From Eledone cirrhosa (lineage: Eukaryota): 64,000 nucleotides of DNA. The position numbers and the translations under genes are program-made. The DNA lies in contig OZ024742.1 in assembly GCA_964016885.1 (NCBI GenBank), positions 334,676,001 through 334,740,000 of the forward strand, written 5' to 3'. A model generated the notes under the pieces. It saw only the letters and a program-made list of their open reading frames with translations, had not been told where the DNA came from and did not search any database. Below are positions 21,758 to 33,377 of this stretch, one piece after another; position 1 is the first letter of the stretch, and each line of letters opens with the position of its first letter.

Positions 21758-22200
21758 CTTCTTCTTTGTCCACTTATTCCTTGGAGAATCGTGGCGGCAG
21801 AGTCCTCAAACACTCTTTGCAGCGCGTCCTGCTAGAAGCGACCGTCTCCAGCTGAATTGGCTGGATCCCCAAGCGTGACCAACCAAGCTCATGGATGTTA
21901 TCCCACCATCTTGCTCGGGGTCTACACTTGGGTCCCTTGCCGGTTGGTTTTGCCCGCAAAATCTGTCCAGTGATTCTTTCCTGGGACGTTCTAACCACAT
22001 GCCAATAGTATCGGAGCTGTGATCTCTCAATACGGAGAAGTAGCGACTCTACCTGGAGTGACTCTCTGATCTTCGAGCTACGCATTCTATCGAGTAACGT
22101 TACTCCAAAGACCCTTTAGTGGAATCCCATTTCGGTCACTTGTATTCGCTATCGCATTCTTTCGGTCATTATCCAAGATAAATGACGATAGTTTGGCAGG
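21758..22200 (-). mobile_element. RTE-clade LINE 3' fragment
   Basis: ORF 21774-22085 IRESLQVESLLLRIERSQLRYYWHVVR...GKGPKCRPRARWWDNI resembles the RTE C-terminus (QLRWFGHV..GKR.RGRP..RW.D). Short GAA-rich tail. Confidence 0.75.
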
Positions 22201-22389
22201 AAAACTAAATTGAATATAGCGAGTTTGGCTTTTACGCCTCCTTCCGTTCTTCTGATTACTGAATGCTGGAAATGTTGCATTACTGCACCAGATTTTGCAA
22301 TTCTTGCACTTAATTCAGCCTCCTGCCTTCCACGGCCCCGAGATACTTGGACTTATCTACCTGCTACATTTACATGTAGCGTGCACTGC

Positions 22390-22860
22390 CACAACATCAG
22401 CCACATCACAAACTTCATCAGACACATCAGCCACATCAACCACATCAACCAAACCATAACATTAACCACATCACACTCATCACAAACAACATTAACCACA
22501 TCACACTCATCACAAACGTCACCAACCACATCACACTCATCACAAACGTCACCAACCACATTACACTCATCACAAACGTCACCAACCACATCACAAACGT
22601 CATTAACCACATCACAAACATCATCATCCACATCACAAACAACACTAACCACATCACACTCATCACAAACATCTTCATCCACATCACATCATCACAACAA
22701 ACGTCATCATCCACATCACAAACATCACCATCCACATCACAAACGACATTAACCACATCACATCATCACAACAAACGTCATCATCCACATCACAAACGTC
22801 ACCAACCACATCACACTCGTCACAAACATCATCATTCACATTACAAACATGAGAAACATT
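22390..22860. repeat. Degenerate CA-rich minisatellite (~30-bp unit ACCACATCACACTCATCACAAACGTCACCA)
   Basis: Tandem units read directly. Confidence 0.8.
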
Positions 22861-23514
22861 AACAATAATTACATCATATTTAATTACTTTCAGCACTCTT
22901 TGTTTTTGGTGGCCATTTTATTGTTATTTTCAGAAACTTCTAGATTTCTAAAACAATGGACACGTGATATGCACTTCCTTTATTTTTCCCGTTAATATTT
23001 CAACTATTGAATGGATGTTAGCTTTCGGAGCTTTGTGGTGGAGGGAAGAGGTGTGTGTATAGGATATAGTAATTGTGTTAGGGTGAATGAGTTTAATGAA
23101 AGGACAGTTATCTATATTGTGAAGTTTTAACAAAACTGCCAAACAGATTTCTTCGTTGTGGTCGTTATAGCCGTCATACATGTTTTCACCAGTTTCATAC
23201 GTGTTTCTACTGCATCACTACACACAAATCTCAATGCTTCTCATATGTGTGTGTGCGTGAGAGAGAGAAGGGGGAGTGTGGGAGTGTGTGTGTGCGTGTG
23301 TGTATGTATGTGTGTATGTGTGTGTGTGTGTGTATGTGCGTGTGTGTATGTGTGTGTATGTGAGAGAGAGAGAGAGAGAAGGGGGAGAGTGTATGTGTGC
23401 GTGTGTGAATGTGTGTGTATGTGTGTGTGTATGTGTGTTTGTGTGTGTGTGTCTGAGAGGGAAATAGAGAGGGAGAGAGAGAGAGTGTATGTGTGTGTGA
23501 GTGTGTGTGTGTAC

Positions 23515-23545
<31 letters not shown>

Positions 23546-23657
23546 TGTGTAATTATGTATGTGTGTGTGTGCGATAGATAGAGAGAGTGAGAGGGAGAGA
23601 GATAGTGTATGTGTGTGAGAGAGAAAGAGAGTGTGTGTTTGTGTGAGAGAGAGAGTA

Positions 23658-23698
<41 letters not shown>

Positions 23699-24101
23699 GT
23701 GGGGGGGGGGCGGTATGTATATTGACTTCGGGCATGTAGACCTGTATTACTTCAATTCATGAACTTTGATTTTTCATTTGATTTGACTTATTGTTTCTCT
23801 TTCTAATTTAGTGTTTCTACTGTTGTGTAACATATGTGCCGTGGTTTACCGTTTAAGGTGTTCCGATCAATGCTATAAGGCCGTCGTTTCAATTTCTATT
23901 GATGCAAGTCTTCTTGGGCTAGATACTTTATTTTACGTTGAACCTATCCATTCAGCTGGTGCAAAATGACTTGTACATCCAATTCAAATTGCCAGCTTTT
24001 TCGCACACTGTGTCATGCCGAATGTTCCTGAGAATTATATTACGGATATATGTCTGTGGATTTACATATTAATTTCAAGAGCAGGTTTTTTTTCCGTTTA
24101 G

Positions 24102-24164
24102 AAAATAACTGGAGTATCTACAATGAGAACCGATGGCGACCCAACCTACGTACAGAGACACATG
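24102..24164 (+). other. Possible 63-bp host-gene exon
   Basis: Strong acceptor TTTTTTTTCCGTTTAG and consensus donor ATG|GTAAGT. Length divisible by 3, open in two frames. No partner exon identified. Confidence 0.3.
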
Positions 24165-24702
24165 GTAAGTGTAATGGGAGCTGTGTTGTTAGTTATATAG
24201 TGATTATGTTTCGTATACGCCATGTAACTGGTGCTCTGTGTATCAGTGTCAGACTGTGATTGTGTATAGAGTATGCGGTGTGTGATTCTTGTATCTTTAA
24301 TGGATGAGTTTTAGATAAATTTAAACATAAAGGCGTATTCAAATTATAGAGCCAGAGGTGGTTTCAGGTGGTTTGGAATTTAAAAGGTCAAAAGGCAAAA
24401 ATCCACAAATCATGCTGATATTCGATGTAAGGCAAAGAATTCAACATTATCCTCAAAACAATGAGAATAGTTTTATTGTTACAGATCAAGGCTTTTTGAC
24501 AAAGAATGTTGAGATGAAATATATTTTCAAATTATTTTAGATTTTCATATTTTGATAACATTAAATAATCATTTTCAATGGATTTTCACGTAAATTAGAA
24601 ACAGTGAAACTGAGAAACAATTACTATGGCATGAGATGTAAAACCATATGGAATACCCCCCCCCCCCCCCCGCCCCTCACTCACATTTATATTTTTATTA
24701 TA

Positions 24703-24883
24703 CAAGGTGTCCACAAAGTCACTAGATAATTTTATACAAATATATATACAGGCTGGTTCAAAATAAAAAATTTATTCAAAATAAATAAATATGGAAACTT
24801 TAAAATTTCCTATTATTGCGACTTTTGGGCCACCCTGTATATATATTTGTATAAAATTGTCTAGTGAATTTGTGATCACCCTG
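24703..24883. mobile_element. Tc1/mariner-type MITE with nested CAGGGTG-like termini and TA flanks
   Basis: TA|CAAGGTG...CACCCTG|TA outer termini, ~60-bp imperfect inverted repeats, inner TA|CAGGCTG (24749) ... CACCCTG|TA (24837). Confidence 0.6.
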
Positions 24884-25360
24884 TATGTCAGCCACTATCG
24901 TATCGATATGATTTCTTCATATTTTGAAGGAAATTCAATTTTCTCCATACAACAAATAAAGGTAAGAAAAACAAGAAGCAGATGCAGAAGTTTTAACGCT
25001 ATATTGTGAAAAACGTGTAATGAATTTATGTGTTTGTTTATTTATGATATCTGGATATCTCTATTTCCACGCTTACTTTCAAATATATTTTCACCCAGTG
25101 CAAGTTATACATGGATTATTTTTCTGGTGTTTTTCTCTAGTCCGAGAAGAATTAAAGGTGTTGATCTCACCTTTACCTTAAACATCAGGTCTTTTTTTTT
25201 TCAGATATGATAGCTCTACCGGTAGATTAGCAGAATTGATCGACGGTTGGATAAACGATTTGCGATATTCCTTCTAAGTTCACAACCTGCCATTTCAATT
25301 TGGATTTTTTCATACTACCGTGGTTGACAAGATTATATACCAGTGCATACATTAGAAAGC

Positions 25361-25741
25361 ATTGGCAGTATCGGTAGAGAGTCGGAACCATGCTTTGAAG
25401 CATAGAATGACGTCCCTTTATGATCTGAGTTCAAATCCCGCCGAGGTTAACTTTGCCTTTCATCCCTACGGGGTCGATAAAATAAAGTACCAGTAATGTA
25501 CCGGGTAATTTGCTGGCCTTGTGCCAAATACAGAAACAATTATTTATTTAGCGGTGGATTGGCAGTATCGGTAGAGAGGCGGACACCATGCTTTGAAGCA
25601 TAGAGTTACCTCCCTTTATGATCTGAGTTCAAATCCCGCCGAGGTTAACTTTGCCTTTCATCCTTACGGGGTCGATAAAATAAAGTACCAGTAATGCACT
25701 GGGATAATTGCTGGCCTTGTGCCAAAAGTAGAAACAATTAT
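25361..25741 (+). mobile_element. Tandem dimer of SINE family A (25361-25546 and 25550-25741)
   Basis: Two near-identical ~190-bp units with A-box-like TGGCAGTATCGG, B box GAGTTCAAATCC and AGAAACAATTATTT 3' end. Confidence 0.85.
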
Positions 25742-25875
25742 TTATTTAAAGTGTTTCTACATTTCAATACTATAAGTGGTTTTAGTGATACTTGGCTTCT
25801 TTTCCTAGCCCGTTGAACTGGAGACCCCCCTAGTCGGCGGCTCATTGTTGTTTCTATTGCTTTCTGTGTCCACAA

Positions 25876-25914
<39 letters not shown>

Positions 25915-25918
25915 AACA

Positions 25919-25969
<51 letters not shown>

Positions 25970-26599
25970 CTATATCTTTTCAAATTTCACACTTCAGAGA
26001 AAATATATTTGCCGATCCCTAAATATGTCAAGGGGGTATTTAGTACATATATTACTCTTAGGACTGGGTTGGTTTTGTTCTTAAACTGTGGTGATTAAGA
26101 TTTGGAGGAAATGTTACATGAGGTTATTGTCGCCACCGTGATGTTAATGTCGCCATCAACAGAGGAATGGTAGAGAGCTGCATTGGACGTGAACAGTTTT
26201 ACTGGGGAGACTGATTTAATACAACAAAAGACATTCTATGCAATGGAATTACACAGGAAGTAGAAGGGGTGTATATATATGTGTGTATGTGTGTTTGCGT
26301 GGAAAGAGAGAGAGCAAGAATATATGTAAGTAGGTAGGTAGATATATAAATAATAGACACAACATTGGTCTCCAGTGATCTCTAGATTCATGTCCCTTTC
26401 ACTGTATCTTCTCAGGCTTGAAATTGTGGACTCTATTGTAAGAGGTTCCTTGTTTTAATTTTAGGAAATGGCTAACAAATAATAAGAAAATAATAACAAA
26501 ACAGCTTTTAGTAAGTTTGTGGGAAAGTTGAATGCCTGATAATAAGTAAGTACTGTTACAAGCACTAAATTAATACTAGAGGTTAAGTTAATGTCTGTT

Positions 26600-27100
26600 C
26601 CAAACACAGATCCTAACAGGCCCGGAACTTATCCGGGTTTCTTTGGCGTTAAGCAACTTGGTGTTGTTGTTTGTGACGCAAAACTCCGCCAGTTGCAGAC
26701 TGCGCATCAACATGTGATATTTTTCTGCACAGAGTTCGATCACCAGCAGCAGAGTTTAAAACGCAGATATCAAGACCAGTCCATAATTTGACATTATCAA
26801 GCCATCGTTTTGGCTTCGCTTACCAGCCAACCTTCCTTCCAGGCATAACCTACTCACACCACGAGTTGATCTTTTTATAAGACCGTATAGTTTGAGTACT
26901 CTTGACTTGAGAATTGATGTAATTGGTCTATGTCTGGTAATATTGAGCAGCTCACTGATACGCTCGCTGAGCTGCTTGCCAGTCATAAGTCTCATGGTGT
27001 GGTTCTGGAATGTAGAGAGCTTCTGAAGTCACCTTGTCGTCCAATTAACAAAGTCAAGACTATATAACACAACTGGTAGAATGGTAGTTTCAAAGATATG
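26600..27100 (-). mobile_element. Decayed RTE-like LINE fragment
   Basis: ORF 26756-26995 ILKSRVLKLYGLIKR...LEGRLAGKRS resembles the RTE C-terminal RRL.W.GHI.R...LEG..GKR motif. Confidence 0.5.
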
Positions 27101-28125
27101 TTATGAAACTCGTTTTGATGTAAGTACGTCCTTGTTCTTGTTGAAAGCTGCCCAACCTAGAGCGATGCGATACTGCGCAGCAACAATTCCATTGTTGTTT
27201 GATAATAGTTGTGACCGAGATATACAAACTCCGTAACTTGAGTAATTTTCTGGTTGTAGTACTGGATACTATACTGGACATGATGTCAATCCATTATAGG
27301 GGTGACCCCAGAAGCTGCTGCTGCTGTTTGTGATACTTTTGTTTTGAATAGAATTGTGTAGAACAACGTGCAATAAACTCTGCTCAGAGAAACATGATGT
27401 GCGGTCCAGGATTCGAATTTATCAACTATACTACTCTAACTTTACACTCTAAACGCCAAACCACGCGCATTCATAAAGACTGGAAGTAAGTAATTTCAAA
27501 TATTATCGATGTAACTTTTGAATAGATGGAAAGATTCAGGTTAAAATATTGCATATGAAGGATATCGATGATTTTTTCTTTGCGGCAACATTTTCCGTGT
27601 CTTTTCCATGGGACTTAGCAAATACATGTTGTCCAGACGATGGTGTAGTGGTTGTCTCTTCCATTTTTACCTAAGATTTAATTGCATATGCTGAATTCTA
27701 AATAAAATTAATTTGTTTTTGTCTGTTTATTTTAAACTATAAAAATATAACAACACCAGAAATATGTTTCAATTTGATAAAAACATTAGCAAAAAACCTG
27801 TCTCAATGGTTTAAATGTCTCACTGTTGTTTAAAACTGTGTAACATATGACGTCGAAAGCTGTTCGGTCACCTGCTTTGCTAGCCCACAAACAGATCAGT
27901 TGGAATCCATTCAGGAGGAGGCCAAAGGTAGGAATGGGGATGAGACGAGGTATACCTATCAAAATCTGATGGAGGTCTGTAGAGGACCTGGCATGGCCTG
28001 ATCCAGGGACTAGCTTCATGATAAGGCCTGAAACCGTGCCGGTTGAGATATTTCATCGTCCAATGTTATATAGGGAGTAGGAGAAACTAACTGATTATCA
28101 TCAATTATTTATCTATTATAGAATA

Positions 28126-29228
28126 CTAGCTGACGTACCCAGCTTCGCCCAGGTAAAAGAGAAAATGACTGTATTGGATGTTTGTCTGGTTATAGTATGA
28201 GGCGAGTTCGTGGTGTCTGTGTGATACAAAAAAACAGTAAAAAAAATCTTCCAGATATACCAGATTCTTCGTTGTACCGTTTGTGCATAGTATATGAACA
28301 ATTCTATGTGCTTCGACCTAGAATAGTGACCTCTATGAGATGGTTCATCTTCTGCCTGACTGTGAAACGTATATCCTTGCATAGACCGGGTTGTTCCACG
28401 TTTCTCAAAAGGATGATGGAAGTTCCAATCTTTTATATTATATGTAGATATAGATATAGATAATTAATATAAAAGATGTTGGTCAGCCAGTTCGTCTTCA
28501 ACCATCGAAGCACGCCGTCGCTGCTTGGCTTCAGTGTTACGTTGGTGTTGTTCAGCCAGCTCCTCTTCATTCACGGCGGCACGTCTTCGCCTTTGAAGTT
28601 TGGCGTTCCGATGGCGCTGTTCGGCCCGTTTTTCTTCATTCCTGTCTGCACGCCGTCGCCGCTGTAGTTCACTGTTTGATAAAGTTGAATTGCTTTTATT
28701 TTCAGTATTCATTTCGAGCAATTGTCAAAAAATGACACAATAATAAATATAAAAGATGTCCGTCAATATAAAAAAGGTCCCTATTTACTCCCTTCACAAC
28801 TCTGTGTATGTTAGACTGACAGACAGGCACACAAATAAACTGCGTGGCGATTGTGGAACGCCCCACGTACACACAGACACGCATGGAAACGCGAACACGC
28901 ATGCAAACGTACACACGCACCCATGCACTTACACACATGTACACACTCACACATGTTGATAGTTTTTACTTTCTGTGGAACGCTGCATGCACGCACACAC
29001 ACATAAACATACGCGCACGTACATACACACGCACACATGGTAATAATTACAGCGTAAACTTTGCCTCTCTGTTTCTTACTCTCCCTTCTCACTCCCTCAT
29101 TGGCATTATGCATATTAATTTAAGTTTGGCGTCGTTGAGGTGGGCGGAATCGTTTGAAACCTATGAACCAATGATAATCGAGAGTTCTGACACACGGAAT
29201 ACTGACATTGTTGAAATTAATATATAGA
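28126..29228 (-). mobile_element. Non-autonomous Helitron
   Basis: On -: A|TCTATATATTAAT 5' end at 29228; 3' hairpin (TACCTGGGCGAAGCTGGGTA) then CTAG|T ending at 28126, i.e. the canonical A^T insertion site. Internal ORF 28464-28721 has repeated LQRRRRA..EE..AEQ units like Helitron RepHel N-termini. Confidence 0.72.
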
Positions 29229-29514
29229 TTATTACAATATACTCAAGCGTGTGCTATCTAATAATAAATACCCTAACCACTCCCACATCCTGTATCTACT
29301 CTTTACTAATCTCTGTAAATGTTTTTGCGTAAAATCATATGTAAACATATGCAGACACACACGCATACGCGTATTTGAATCATACATGTTATATGGATAT
29401 ATATTCATGAGTGCGAGTACTTGCGTCATGCGTGTTGTATGTGTGTGTGTGTGCACTTGTGTTTTGTTATATGAGTGTGTATACACAAATGTATTTGTGA
29501 ATGTGTATATATAA

Positions 29515-29590
<76 letters not shown>

Positions 29591-30492
29591 TTATATTACA
29601 TTCTGCTAAACATTTGATATGACAAATACTTTGTTTTACTTTTAGTTTAACATTGCACTCGTGTTTTCCTGTTTGTCATGGTCACAAGAGACAAGGCAAA
29701 TCCTCAATACATAAAAAGGGATGGTTTTCTTTTTACTTAAACATCATCGCAACCCAACCTCTTTAAAAATGAGAAGCATGCAACTATAGCCCTTGCAATC
29801 ACTCGAAATAATGTCTTACAATCACCTTGTACCTCTCAATGTGACTTAACATAAATGGCACTGCCTTCTCTCCAAGGCCAGTAAATAATTCAAAACAGTT
29901 ATTGACATTTTACACACTCTAGGTGAGGCCCACAGTGAAATATTACTTCTGAATCTAGAATAGGGCTGCTCATATATTTCCAGACAATCAAGTTCACATC
30001 CAGAAAAAAACAGTACCCGGTTAATTGATATAAGTGTATCAAAGATGCACTACAGCCTCTAGTCCCTCATGTAGGCTGTCTCTAACGTTTGTCACTTCTA
30101 CCACTGCTATAACTGCCACTGCTTTTCTGAGTTGGCTTATCTCTTCCTACAGTTAGGTACTGTCGATTCAAATATCACTCCTTTTCACCTCTCCGATGCT
30201 TTGGCCAACTGACCTACACCCAACACAAAACCATTAGATATCGCGACCATTTGTAACGTATGGATTAAGAAGCAACGTTCTTTCTCCACAAATTCAGTTA
30301 CACTTTTGGACCGCGAGGCCTAGCAGTTACGCCGTGTATGCAGCAAGCCTTGTCAAAAGTATATACTTCACAAGGCTTACTGCATAGAAGCCAAAAGCTC
30401 TAGGTTTCGCGGTCGTTTTAAACCTTCACTTATATCCATATATATATGTATGAGTGCGTTTATATAATATAAATAAACATATGTATATATAT

Positions 30493-31096
30493 ATATATGT
30501 GAATATGAAAACATGGCGTGCTGCGTGGCTGCAAATGGGTTACATATGAATAAATTTAGTCCTTCACCAGTGATCTGCCAACCGTCATTGGTATTTCATC
30601 GCTTTAAAGACCATATACATCCGGTTCGTGCGAGCAACAGCTAAATAAAGTCATTGGGACACGCAAATAAGGGGAACAAGCGAGACTGTAAACAATCAAA
30701 GATGGTAATGCAAAGAAAAGTGAGGAAGAAGGAGTCAAGTCCCTGAAATCGATGAACATAAGTTCTGTGAAATCGTGGACGAGAGAGAATACAGAACAAC
30801 CAACCCGGTCAAAGTGTGCGGGAGAAAGAATTTCGCACAGGTCAAACGAGAGGAAGTAAGAGAGGGAGTAGCAGAGAGTGAGTGAGTGAAAGGTGAGGAA
30901 GAGGCTAACAGAGAGAGTGACTGTTAGAGGGGGTAAAAGGAAGTGAAAGATACAGAGAAAAAAGGAAGCAGTAAGAAAGAAACAGACGGGTCACAGCGGA
31001 GGAAAATATATATGTGAATATGAAAACATGGCGTGCTGCGTGGTTGCAAATGGGTTACATATGAATAAATTTAGTCCTTCATCAGTGATCTGCCAA
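30493..31096 (-). repeat. ~600-bp element with ~89-bp direct terminal repeats (period 515 bp) in TA-rich context
   Basis: 30493-30581 matches 31008-31096 with 2 substitutions seen. A related diverged end lies inverted at ~31915-32010. Confidence 0.75.
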
Positions 31097-31136
31097 ACTT
31101 AAATGCGTGTGTGTGTGTATACATATATATATATAC

Positions 31137-31231
<95 letters not shown>

Positions 31232-31235
<4 letters not shown>

Positions 31236-31741
31236 TATTTGCTAAACCTTGTTTATATTTGTTCTGGCTCGTTAATTTATTAACCCGCCATTGAACCACA
31301 CTGGCATTTGGTTGGACAATACATGCGTACCTTAGCGCCTTGTGCGTGAAGGAACACATATCCTATTACTACTACCTCCTCTAATGTTGAGAACAAATTT
31401 GGTCGTTCTGACTGCTGCTAGCGATAGCTGTGGCTGGTTTGACCTACCTCCTTCTGCCTCTATCTTTGCTTCGACCCTTGATAAACCTGTTTCTACATCA
31501 TCCACTCTCATCCCGGGAACAGTTTTGATAGCGCTAGTCTGTAATTTAAATTCAGAAATTTTATATTCTTTGAATGAAAAGAACCTTCTGACGAGAATCT
31601 TTCTTTGCAACGAAGGCCGTATGGTCTCCGTTTTATTTTTGGGATTCGAAACCGATCGGTAAAGGTAACTATAGTAGGTAAAGTCAATTTTTTAAAATTT
31701 ATTTTGAAACTTTTTCATTATTTGCTAAACCTTGTTTATAT
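31232..31741 (+). repeat. ~510-bp element between (TA)n runs with 27-bp direct terminal repeats
   Basis: TCATTATTTGCTAAACCTTGTTTATAT at 31232-31258 and 31715-31741. Confidence 0.7.
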
Positions 31742-32027
31742 ATATATATACATATATATATATACATATATATACATTTATATATGTATATATATATTTA
31801 TATTATATACATCTTCGGTTAGCTTTCCCTTGTGTTATTTACTTGTCTCACTCGCTTTACGCGTTTCAATTGTCCTAATAACTTATTTTAGTTATTTTCG
31901 CACCAACGTGAGGTATATGATTTTTAATGCGATGAAATACCAATGATCGTTGGCAAATCACTGATGAGGGACTCATTTTATAACATGTTATCCATGTGCA
32001 ACCATGCAGTATTCTTCTCCCAATATT

Positions 32028-32086
<59 letters not shown>

Positions 32087-32090
32087 TAAC

Positions 32091-32137
32091 AACAGCAAAA
32101 CAATACACTACAATGAAGATATTTATTAATTTAACGC

Positions 32138-32183
<46 letters not shown>

Positions 32184-32229
32184 GCGTTAAATTAATAAAT
32201 ATCTTCATTGTACTGTATTGTTTTGCTGT
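32091..32229. repeat. Inverted repeat with ~49-bp arms around a (TA)n centre
   Basis: ACAGCAAAACAATACACTACAATGAAG...AACGCTTC-(TA)n-GAAGCGTT...CATTGTACTGTATTGTTTTGCTGT, 1 mismatch. Confidence 0.85.
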
Positions 32230-33239
32230 GTTAATTATCCGTTCACTTTTCTTATACACATATATATGCAAATATATATGTTTATATATATACACATATA
32301 TATATGTATATACATGCATATATATATATATATATGATATATATGTATGTATATATATGTGTGTGTGTATGTATATATATATATTTATATATATATATAT
32401 AGGTATATATTTACATATGTGTGTGTGTGTGTGTGTGTGCATATATAAATGTATATACGTGTGTGCCGTATACAGTTGTTTCTGATACATTCGGCAATCT
32501 TACATAGTTGCTTTACAACCATATTGGTTATCGTCATTTCTCTTTATTTAATCTTGTCTTTTTTTCTGTTTGCTGTTTGTCTTCTCTTCAATTTTATATT
32601 AACTTCAATGGTGTTTGAACATCAAACCCTACTTTTCACCCTTCACCCTCTCCCGTGCTATTTAACCTTTACTGAATTAATTGTTTTAAATATAACAGTT
32701 ATTTGCACAAACCCCTCAAAAAGTTCATCATATAAAAAGAGAACTCTAACGTAAATTAAAAAAACAAACACACCCACAAACATACATCAATGCAGCCATA
32801 TACATATATACACACACCCAACTACACGCCCACAGTTACATGCATACACACACATACAATTACACTACTACAATTAAATACACACAGACAATTACACGTC
32901 CAGATTTACATACATACACACAGACAATTACACGCCCACAGTAACATACATATGCACATACAACTACACGCCACAGTTACATACATACATACACACATAC
33001 AATTACACGCCCAGAATTACATATATACACACATACAATTACTCGCCCACAGTAACATAGATATACACAGTAGTGAAATAATGATATATACACAAGCACT
33101 TACAAGCATACACACGTACTTACACAAAGCCCCATACATAAGAACATACAGAAACGCAACCTCAAATACCCAAATACATACACAACCGTAAGAAAATATA
33201 CACACCTACATTCGGACATAACGTAAACACACACACACA

Positions 33240-33377
<138 letters not shown>

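Noticed and set aside
22210-22752. 180-aa T/S/H-rich mucin-like ORF
   Set aside because: Arises from the CA-rich minisatellite; no splice or homology support.
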